DNA of 64,000 nt from assembly GCA_051294375.1 (NCBI GenBank), contig CM119269.1:4621098-4685097 (forward strand), given 5' to 3'. Source of the stretch: Paraspadella gotoi (lineage: Eukaryota > Animalia > Chaetognatha). Under the pieces are notes generated by a model that saw only the letters and a program-made list of their open reading frames with translations, was not told the origin of the DNA and ran no database searches. Shown here in pieces: positions 51,466 to 62,083 of the stretch (position 1 is its first letter; the number at the start of each line of letters is the position of its first letter). The translations under genes were made by a program, and so were the position numbers.

Positions 51466-52909
51466 ATGCCGACCTATAGGCTTCATTATTTCGATTTTAC
51501 TGGAAAGGGTGAGTTGATTCGTCTCCTCTTCTCTTTGGCGGGAGAACAGTTCGAAGACGTGAGATACTCAAAGGAAGAACGGTAAGATGATCAAATTTGA
51601 CCGACCACGTCGTTATCCCCCGCCTCCTCTTCGAATTAGCCCCCGTTTTCTTTTAAGCCCCGGTGTGCAGCTGTGGAACGAGGAAAGCAAATCCGGGATG
51701 CCGCTCGGAAGTATGCCCGTTCTCGAGATCGATGGCGTCAAATTCTGTCAACAATCAGCGATCGCGCGACATCTGGCGAAGAAATTTGGATTTTATGGAA
51801 AGAACGATTTTGAGGTCAAATCTAAGCTGAGTTTATGAAATTGGTACGACCAATATAAAAAATTATCCATTCATTTAATAAATAAGCTATCTTGCCCCTG
51901 ACTTTGGACAGGCTTTGGTGGTTTAAGGCCTCCATCACTCTTACAAGATAATGACATAGCAGGTCCCTGCAAGCTTTCAATCAAGACTCTCTCACAGTCT
52001 CGTTTATTCACTCCCAGAGTCCCTGGCTTCCCTATCAATGAAGACTAGATAAATACACTCTACCCCGGGCTAATATAAATTGGTATCAATTATTATAAAG
52101 AAAATTACAAATACATGTACGTAATAATGAAACCTCACCTTGAAAAATTTTTTTTAGAATTTGAAAGTGGATATGGTTCTGGAAACGGTTTGGGGAGACA
52201 TGGCGGCAAAGATGATTGCAATAGTTTTCGAGAATGATGAAACGAAAAAGGCAGAAAAGAAAGCAAAGATGCTGGATGTAAGTATAGCAATTATTATTTT
52301 TCATTCGAATTTGAAAACGATAGTTTTTTTTTATTTTTACAACGATTTAAACAACAACGAAAAGAGAGAAAATTACTCAATATTTTTCATTCATATTAAT
52401 ACCACAACTAAAATGATTTCAAATTTATGAGATTTCTAATTATGATACTATCAATACTATCATATTATATCATATCATATATATTATTATATATATTATA
52501 TATTATTATATAATATATAATATATATATGTAAACATTTTTGATGTTGACTATTTTCTGTACCAGGAACTCCCAGAGATGATGAAAAAGGTGGAGAAATG
52601 GTTTGAAGGCGACTTTGTTTTGAGTTCCGGAATTTCGTTGGCGGATTTGGTCATATTCGACTTTCAGTAAGATTATGAATAATAAGAAATTCCACGTTTA
52701 CAATTCATAGATGAGGAAAAAGGGATTTTTTTAAATATATTATTAATTTCTTATAAAAAAGAAACAACGCCCCCCTCGTCTTTGCTTTCAGAAAACTGAT
52801 GAACGAAAAGTTTCTGCCGGAGCTGAAGTTCACCTCGAAATGGATATCAATTCACGATCGAGTGATCACAAATGAGAAGATCAAAGCTTGGCTCGATTCC
52901 AAGCAATAA
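51466..52909 (+). CDS. Glutathione S-transferase, sigma-class-like (exons 51466-51581, 51658-51814, 52158-52277, 52566-52666, 52792-52909)
   Basis: MPTYRLHYFDFTGKGELIRLLFSLAGEQFEDVR (catalytic Tyr8), MPLGSMPVLEIDG, QQSAIARHLAKKFGFYGK, ISLADL; complete and phase-consistent. Confidence 0.93.
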
Positions 52910-53397
52910 TTTTGGTGCCTTGGTTCATGAAGTGTGAATCGTGCATACCAAACTCTCTCTTTATTTAAACCCTTTTCAGTCTTGCAAAATGAAAAAAAAA
53001 AAGCTCAACATTGCTAGCATCATTTTTTAAAATTTCTTTATTATGGCCCGGTGAAATAAAAAAATATTTTTATTTGATGTACAATTATTCTTAATAATAA
53101 TTTACATTGAATTAAATGATACTTCAATTTTCATTGAATTGAATTTAATTAATTGACGTAATTTCAGGAATTGGATGAAGGAAAAATTGTAGCCTAAAGT
53201 ATACTAAAATACTTATGTTTTTTTGCTTTTAAACAAAATGGAATCGGCCGCCTGGTTCGGATAACTTTTTCAGTGAACACTTAGCGGTAATAAACGCCGT
53301 TTTGATTAGTTACGAATTGTTTTTGGCCTTCTGCGGGCATTTGCTATAAGCTAGAAAATTGACAAGAAAAAAAAAACGTTATTTAATCTCTCTCTCG

Positions 53398-53435
<38 letters not shown>

Positions 53436-53737
53436 CTCTCTCCCCCTCTCTCTCTCTTTCCTGGATGAATTACGTCCGTAAAAGAGTAAAGTCCCGAAAT
53501 GTATCTCAGCCGGGATCAGCAGCGGCATCGCTCATCAACCGCGCAGCGACAGGAAAGCCGCGGCGTACGTAGGGCGCGACGCGGCGGGAAGGGGAGGTGA
53601 CGGCGGCGGGAAGTCAATCTCCTCGAAATCTGAAAAACAGTTCGGAGTCTAGAAAAAGTTTTTTGGAAAAAAAAAAAGATGTTTATTTCATGTTTAATTT
53701 TGGATAAATAAACAAACAATCTCTCTCTGTCGCCAAA

Positions 53738-56700
53738 ATGTATCGAGGCATCGAGGATGGAGGATCAATTTCCTCGTCGACATCCATCCCTCGACCTTCG
53801 ATCATCTCCGATCGATCGTCAACGGAGACGACGACGACTACGACGACGACGACGACGACGCCAACGTCGACCAAAAGGCTTTGGCCGTCGAAAAATCGCT
53901 CCGCCTGCACGAGTTTCACCAATTTGGCCTTTGACTTTGACGGATGCAATCAGGAGGTTGTTTGGTTCGCTCCAAGATGGGGGGGGGGAATAGAAGAAAA
54001 GTCGGGAAAGAAAAGAAAAAAAAAAGAAAGAAAAAGAAATAACAAGAAATGAGGAAATCAAGTTTTAAGAATTTTTAAAGGGATAAATTGCTCGGAAAGA
54101 GTAAAATGCAGAGTAGAATAAAAATGCTTATGAAATTAAGTTTGTTACAAGGAAATTGGATGCATTTCCAAGGCCTTGACCGCCATAAGTATGAAATTGG
54201 TACAATTGGTACAATTGGCCTTGGCCGCCATAAGTATGAAATTGGTACAATTGGTACAATTGGCCTTGACCGCCATAAGTATGAAATTGGTACAATTGGT
54301 ACAATTGGCCTTGACCGCCATAAGTATGAAATTGGTACAATTGGTACAATTGGCCTTGACCGCCATAAGTATGTTTCATTTGTTGCAGAGTAACATGTGG
54401 TTTTCACCCCGTTATACGTACAAACAGCATAGGACTCATTATAAATGTTTTTCAAGGTCTCCACCACCATTTTTCAACTTATATTTTTACTTATACATAT
54501 AAATTATCTATTAAAATAATCTTTTGTGAAGAATTAAGGCGTCATTTAGTTTTAGTTGTTTGTCAACAAAAAAGTTTTCATTTAATTCTAACATTTAACT
54601 TTAAATAACTCTAATTGTTTTTCGATAACTACGTAAAGTGCTACAATAGCCATATAAGGATAAAGTTGTACTTATCGAAATAAACGCTGTTCAATGTTCA
54701 TCCTTCAGGTGCTGGACGCGCCGCCGCTGCCGAAGCGATCAACGACGCCCATCTATCCTGCGCCTTTCGATCCACGGCGTCAACCGGCGCCGCCAACAAC
54801 GCCGCGGTGCCTCGTCTTTCTGACGCTGGTCAACGCGTTGACGCTGATGGCGGCGCTGCTCTGCATCGTCTTCGTGACGATACGGGAACACTCCTCCTCG
54901 AGGGCGCTGCAGGAGACAAGGTGATGAGAGCAAAGCTGCCGCTGCTGCTGCTGGTAACGTTGATTTAGGCACTGATATTGAAGTTTTTGACGGTATTAAT
55001 ATCGTGAATTTCCTTTCGTTTCGTTGTGTTTTGAGTTAATAGAAGATGTTTGAAATTGTTTTCAACAACGACTACAATAAAATCGTTGTTGAAGACGGTA
55101 TTAATTATAATGATGGTGACTATGTCGATGTTGACAATGATAATAATGATATTATATGCGTTTTGATGGCAACTTCAACAATCAATCAATCAATCAACAA
55201 TCAACATAGTTGATGTAATACATAAAAAACCTCAAATCAAACAACGACTGAAGCTAAAGTCTTTAGTCTTTAGTAAAGAAAGGTAAAAGATAATGTATGA
55301 AACCTAAACTAAAATAAACATAAACAAGACTAAATAAGATAAAAGTTAATGATGATGATGATGAGACTGAGAGTTGCAGAAAGCAGAGTCGAAACTGACC
55401 ACTAACCATTGAGCACTTGTCAGTGACCAGGAAACGACAACATCAACGTCGAACATAACATATACGATCACACCAACCGGCCCCATTCCCTTTGTCCATT
55501 AGAAACGAGCTTCGCCTCCGAGACGAATCGTCGCATGCCCTGAAGAGCAATTCGAGCGACGACGACCACCGCCTCCTCGACTTCCTCCGTCGTCTGGAGA
55601 CGACGCAAAACGCGACGTCGAGAGAGTTGGCGCGACTCCGGAATCCTTCCTCCGCTGAGGACGACCTCTTCGAGCGCCTCCAACACCTCGTCGAGTCATC
55701 CGCCCGCAACTCCCAGCGCCGTTTTCTCGACGCCGTCGCCGCCAAGGCCGCGGAGTTTGAGGCCACCGCCAAGCGGCTCGTCGACGGTATCAGGAACGAG
55801 ACTAACCGAGAGATGGCGGTACATCAGCGCAGCATCAAGCGACTCGTCCGCAGCAGCAATCTCGACATCAATCTGGCGTTGAAGGAGCTCCAGACGAATC
55901 TTACTTCAAGAGCAGACGATATGGTAAAGGGATTGTCTTCTATGGCGGCGGCGTTGAAAGTTGCGGGGGCGGCTGGATCGACGGCGGCCTCTTCAGAGAC
56001 CTCAGTTCCTCAAACCGTTCCCGAATTCGTTCGAAGCCTCAAGTCCGACGTCGCCGGAATATTTCGCGGCGTCGAGACGATTCAGCAAGAGACGGCGTCG
56101 TTTTGTGGAGGCGTCGCTCCGACTTTGCAGCAAATCAACGAGACGATGATCCGGCGTCAACGGCGCCTTAAGGCCGACTTCCGGTCCTTAAAGGCTTCGT
56201 GTCAGGGACGCGGTTCCATCAACGGAAGCCAAATTAGAATCGACGAAAGACTGGAGTCTTTAGAGACGTCGACGAAGCTAATCTTGGAGGCGGTTTCCTT
56301 GATGGAAGACGACGACGACGACGCTTTTCACGTCAACTTGACCGCCGAAAATTTTCGAAGAGATCGCGAAAGAGGCGGGACTCTGAATCCTGGGATTCTG
56401 ACCCGAAAGGGCGTTGCTTTGGCTTTGTGGATTCTGGGTGACGACGTGGCCATTTTGAGTCAAGATGTCGCCGAAATAAAGGAGGCGGTGGCGGCGTGGG
56501 AAAGGAAGAACGTCTCCGTGGGTGTCTTCGACCACACGCTGCAGCAGATGGCGCGCGACTTCAGCGTCGAATTGAAGCAGATCCTACTGGACATTGGCGG
56601 GCTCAGTAGCGGTCACGCTCTTCTCAACAATCTCGTCGAAATCGGCGTCAAAAACGTCACCACCGTTGCGGCGAGGGTCGACGAGCTGCTGCGTTTGTCA

Positions 56701-57396
56701 ACGCGATTCGACGCCGCGTTAAACGATATCCGGTCGCGCGTCGACGTCAGCAGCGCCGCGGCTCCGCTTCCCAAAGCGGCGCAGGTTACGCAGTGCGTCG
56801 CGGCCCTTGACGGAACGACGGCGTCGTTTCGGGCGATGCCGACAGGCGGCGACTTTCGACCCAGTGTCTCTGCATCAGCTGGTAACGTCACTTACACTAC
56901 AGACGACTTCGTCAACGCCTCCTTCGTTTTGGGCCCAAAGACGACGCTGACGACTTGCTGCGGGTCGCACGCGCTCATTAGGATCGATCGCGGCGTCGAT
57001 GGAAACCCGGATGAGGTGCGTTTGAAATCGTCTGCAAAACCGGCGACGCCGGCTTTCAACGCCACGACGGCGTTTAACGTCACGCCGGCGCTGCCCGAGG
57101 CGGATATAATCCAGATCTCGCCGGATCTGAAAATGACGTTCGTGGAGCGCCATCTAGGAACGCAACCTGCGTCGACCGGCAGGCGTCGGTTTGTCGAAGT
57201 CTTCTACGTCTTGAGCGGCGCCCGTTGGAATTCTCTGGCGCCGATCATCGTATCACCGTCGGGCGCCACGTTGGAGCTGCAACCGGCGCCGCGCAACGCC
57301 TTTCTCGGGAGATTTTTGGTGGAAGCAGACAAGGAAGTTGGGAAGGAAGATCTGAGGCCTTTCATGGAGGAAATGGCCAAGTGCTTTTTGATTTAG
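53738..57396 (+). CDS. Uncharacterised 774-aa type II membrane protein with coiled-coil stalk (exons 53738-53956, 54709-54920, 55503-57396)
   Basis: GT-AG joins in phase 0 and 2; single hydrophobic segment CLVFLTLVNALTLMAALLCIVFVTI; long helical region with many N-x-S/T sequons; GC-rich coding-like sequence. Confidence 0.8.
54172..54373. repeat. 45-bp tandem repeat x4.5 (GGCCTTGACCGCCATAAGTATGAAATTGGTACAATTGGTACAATT), intronic
   Basis: Near-perfect units with no spacers. Confidence 0.95.
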
Positions 57397-58086
57397 GGAA
57401 AGGCTGGTGAGGCATTTTCAGGTTTAATGGGAATTTTCTAATCAGTAATTTAAGTGTTATTATTATATTTCAATGCTAAGTATTAAAATTTACTTGTGGT
57501 TTCACATATTTCTAACGGATTTTCTGATCTGATTTATTAAATATTTAGTCTATGAATATGCATGACCTACGTTGTCCAGTGCCCACTGCTCAGTGGCTCT
57601 TTGTTTGAAAGCATATTTAAATTTTAAATTGTAACTTAGCTCGTATGTGCCATAGCCTATATCCTAAATTAGAGAACGAATCATCTTATTTGTTAACAAA
57701 TCCTATCCCTGAACGTGTATTTTAAGTAAAAAACACGATTTAATCGAAACTCATTTTTATTATCAAATCTTCTTCAGTGGATATTTATTGACGTAGGAGT
57801 AGAAAATGAAGACCTTAGCCAGAGTTCACTGAAAAAAATAAAAACAACAAAGCGATAAAACTGATAAGAAATCGTTAAAAGAAAACATAAAATGATAAAG
57901 AAAAACACTTTAATTTTTTTTAAAAAAGACTCAATTTAAAAAAGCACTTGTGAGACGTCCACAACCTTCCTAACGATTTTTTTAAAATTTATTGCTTCTT
58001 AACTTCTCATCTTTACGATTACCGTTACCAAATACGTTTCTAATTTTAAACTATAAAATTTAAGATTAAATAATTAAACATTAAAC

Positions 58087-58091
58087 AATAA

Positions 58092-58187
<96 letters not shown>
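58087..58187. repeat. (AAT)n microsatellite
   Basis: About 30 AAT units. Confidence 0.95.
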
Positions 58188-58188
<1 letters not shown>

Positions 58189-58202
58189 CAATCAAGCTCT
58201 TA

Positions 58203-59288
58203 TTAGAATTTCAAGCCCCGCCCAAAACCTTTGTCGACGCTCCACATCTTAATCTTCTGTAGCGCGGCCAAGGGTCCCGCCTCGGCCCGCAGCACCTCCA
58301 CGCCGTAGCAGCGTCGCTCCCGCACGTTGCGCATGGGGACGCTGAAGGTCTGCGCCTCGTCGTTCGCCGTCCATGTGGCCTCGTGATGCGAGAGGCGTTG
58401 CCACGTCTTGCAATCGTCGGAACCGACGAAGTAAAACTCGACGGGAGTTTGATAGAGGTAGACCTTTTCGTTGCGGGAGGAGAAGCCGAAGCTGTTGGGG
58501 ATGTGGTTGGGGGGGGAAAGTTGGAAGACGGAGGGGAAATGGGGGAGGGGCGGAGTAGAGGGGAGGAGTAGAGAAGAAAAGATTAGACAAGAGGGAGGAA
58601 GGGAGGAAGGAAGATAGAATTAGCCAATTCCATTCCATTCCCTTTTTTTTAACGGGACGTTTAATTTTTTTTTAATCCTACTTCGACGCCAAATCCGCAC
58701 CTGTCGATGCTGTGAGGATAATCGAATTTGTACCATATGATCTGCGGCATCTTCTCGCAGGGATCGTTACTCCAAGGGAGTTCGCTCTTTGAATCGAAGG
58801 CGTTGGAAGCCTCGTGCTTGTAGAGATGAGAAGTGGAACCGGACATTCCGTGCTCGATCTCAACCGCTGGGAAGTTTGAAAAATCAATCTATCCTTTTAA
58901 GCACAAAATTATGCAATTGTCAACAGTCAACTGAACAAACAAACTATTATTTATTCAATCGATTCTATTTTTTAACAAATTAAATATCTGGAAACTGACG
59001 TATTGATTGATCCAATATATGAATCCGTCTAACAAATGACCATTCTGATTAGCGATTTCCTCCTTCCCACTCATATCCGTCTACCCCTCGCTCACCCGAA
59101 TGTTTGACCTCCCACATCCTCAAATATCTGACAGTAACGGTTTTTCCGGCCGTGACCTTCAAGACTCTGAGCCCGTAACAGTAGAACCTCTCCGCTCGAC
59201 CGGGCGGGACCCGAAACTCCTGCGTCTGGCTGGCGGCGGTGAAGACGGTCTTCACTCTTGTCAAGACCTTCCACGAATCATCGGCATT
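58203..59288 (-). CDS. F5/8-like second half of domain 2, domain 3 and stop (exons 59096-59288, 58701-58866, 58203-58491)
   Basis: NADDSWKVL...RFYCYGLRV...LRMW, then GSTSHLYKHEASNAFDSKSELPW...IIWYKFD|FGFSSR...PVEFYFVGSDDCKTW...CYGVEV...KMW...*; paralogous to the 46-47 kb exons. Confidence 0.8.
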
Positions 59289-62083
59289 CTGAAGGGTGGA
59301 TCGGGAAAAGGGTTGGAGAGATGGGAGAGTGGAGATGAAAAATCGAGGACGAGGGAGTGAGGCGGGAGAGAAAGATTAAAATAAAAGCGAAAGGCGGAAT
59401 TTAATCGAAACAGGACATCTAAATGAGAATAAATGAACTAAATCACTTAATCTAACACTTTCGCCTACCTCGCCTGATTTCAGATAATCCCTGCTACCCC
59501 CGCCCTTTACATTCGCCTACCTCGCAGAGGAAGAAAAGTGAGAAAGAGAAGAAAATGAAAAAGAGGAACGTAATCTTGTAAGATTGATGGAGGCCTTAAA
59601 CCCCCATAGCCTGTGCAAAGTCAGGGCCAAGAGGACGAAGACGAGGAAAGGAAACTCGTTGAATAAGTGAATTTAAGGAGAAAAGCAAAACGACTATTAT
59701 GTTAAGAAACAACGAAGTCAACGATGAAAACGACGAAAATAAAGACGAACGATTCGACGATGATGACGACGACGAAAATGAAACGACATTTTTTGATCTT
59801 CACTTTCTCGCTCGATCAGTTGTTTTTTTTCCTCGGGCGCGAAAGGCGAGACCAACAAACGGTAAACAAACGGAAACAAATAATGTCAACAAAAAACAAA
59901 ACAAAACAAAAAACAAAAAACAAAACATGTTTCGGTCTTTTTCTCGAAAATTGAGATTTTTGTTTTTTTGAAGCTGCAAGTCGTTAGGGATTTTTTTTTT
60001 TTGGAAGAAAAGTAGTTTATAAAATTTATTAATTATTATATATTTATTATAAGTTTTCTCACTTCATTTATTGTATCCCATTTAAAATTGGTCAATTTCG
60101 CGAAAACACGAGAGAAAATCGTTTAAAATACTGAGCGCGATATATTGTATGATTTTTATTTTTTATTATAATCTTTATTTAGTTGATACTTTTTTCTCGT
60201 TTAGTTTTAATGCGTTTTTTTATTTTTTATTTTGTTTTGTTTTGTTTTAGCTGTCGATTTTCCATCGCCTCGCATCTTTCGTGTCCCGCGACAGAAAATG
60301 GCGAATCATGCGCTCGTCTTTTTTTTTCTCTTTTCGCGCGCGCAGATCATCGCCTCGACGCGCGCGCCACGCCCCACCGTCAAACGTCACGCCAGCGCCA
60401 CGCCAATGCTGACGCTAGCAGACGTCTCATTTCTTGAGACGCGTCGTCGTCGTTACCGTTGTCGTTGTCATCATCGTCCTCTCGTAACCGCGCGCGTCCC
60501 GGGAATGTCGGTTCGTCGTCGTCGTCGTCGTCGTCGTCGTTCTTGACTTCTCTTAGAAAAGTGAAGGATTTTAGTGATTGTCTTTTTCTCCGCCGTTCTC
60601 GTCGTCGTCGTCGTTGTCATCGTCGTCGTTCTTGTCGTCGCCGTGGCCTTCCAAGTCGCTCATCGCCCTCGTGGTTCATTTGTGGTTCTTTCTCTCTTTT
60701 TAAACTCTTCTTCTCACTCGTTTGTTGATAAGTTTCTTCTGTACATTAATTTCATTTCTGGTTTATTTTTAATGAACTTATTTGTATTAAGTAAAAGACC
60801 TTTTTCTCCAGTTTAAAATTTATGTTTCGTTTTGAACTTCGACGTCGGCAGCTCAGGACGTTGACCTTTCGAAGCCTCGCGTTATCTCTGTTTTTTAAAA
60901 AGAAATTACGTCAGAGATGTCATGGACGTCAATCTCAAAAATAAATTACGTCATTAACGTCATGGACGTAAATCTCAAAAATTTTCGATGAGAACTGAAA
61001 AAAAAAAGAGAAAATATAAGATTTCCTGAAAATTGTAATCTGAAAGGGTGGCAACACGCCAGAGATCATCATTGCGAACGTTGACGTAAGAGAAAGCTTT
61101 CCTTCTTACCACTAACTGGTTGTCGCCCCTTTAGTGACAATGCTTGGAACATCTACCTCACCAATGCTTACCAATACGTCAGTAGTAGATGAACTAAAAT
61201 GGTTGAAAGACAGAGAATAAGAGGAGAGGGCGATGACAGTGTAAGAAGAAATAATAGGGTGGACGTCGAACGGAAGCTTCGATTCGAACTGTAAAGTCCC
61301 GGGTTAACGTGGAGACAGCTGCTATCTCTGCGCCGACGACGACGACGACGACGACGACACGATAATCGGGCGTTTCTCTTTCTCCGCGCCCTTTCTCAGG
61401 ACCAATCAAGAAGCGTAAAAATTATAGTTTGGCCAATAAGAGAGTGACGTTTTGATTACTACAATTACCATGAATGATAATCATGATCCTAAGAAACTGA
61501 TAAAGAAAAATATTATTCACATCAGCATTTATTATAAATCTTTATATATCAAATATATACGGCATATTATAACTAAATAATTTAGCAAAAAAGCGAAATG
61601 ACAAATATTACCACATAATAATTTCGTGCAATCTCAGTCAATCTCTAGATTTATATTTGTAATTAGTAATTACCGTAAAACCCATAATAGAAATGACGAT
61701 TCCATGAGGTGATTTTGTTTTTTTCTACCTATAGCTCTTTCACCACTCGGTAGAGGCCACGCTCAAGCGAAAGGCAATGAACAAAAGAGCACTAAATTAT
61801 TATTTTGAAAATTAAAAATTGCAAGATTAAAATCATTGCCAGTTCATAATGTATGGTCGGTAGAACCGTTAGAAGAATTTTTAAATTCTTTTAAAAATTT
61901 TTCCCAGAATTTAACAAGCGGCATTCTCTTGACGGTGTAAAATCGAAACTCGACGCAATCATTTCCTTATCACTCAGTAATTTACATTTTCTTTCGGTTT
62001 TAAAATTAATTATGATTAGACTAGACTAGTGAGTGAAAAGGCAATTTATTTTCAAATCAAATCATTCAATTCCTTATTCCCAA

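Noticed and set aside
54172-54373. CRISPR-like array or repeat protein ORFs
   Set aside because: Units are identical head to tail with no unique spacers, no cas genes are present, and it lies in a eukaryotic intron. The ORFs in several frames are by-products of a 45-bp unit.
59690-61400. GC-rich (GTC)n patches resembling exons
   Set aside because: No coherent spliced frame or recognisable motif.
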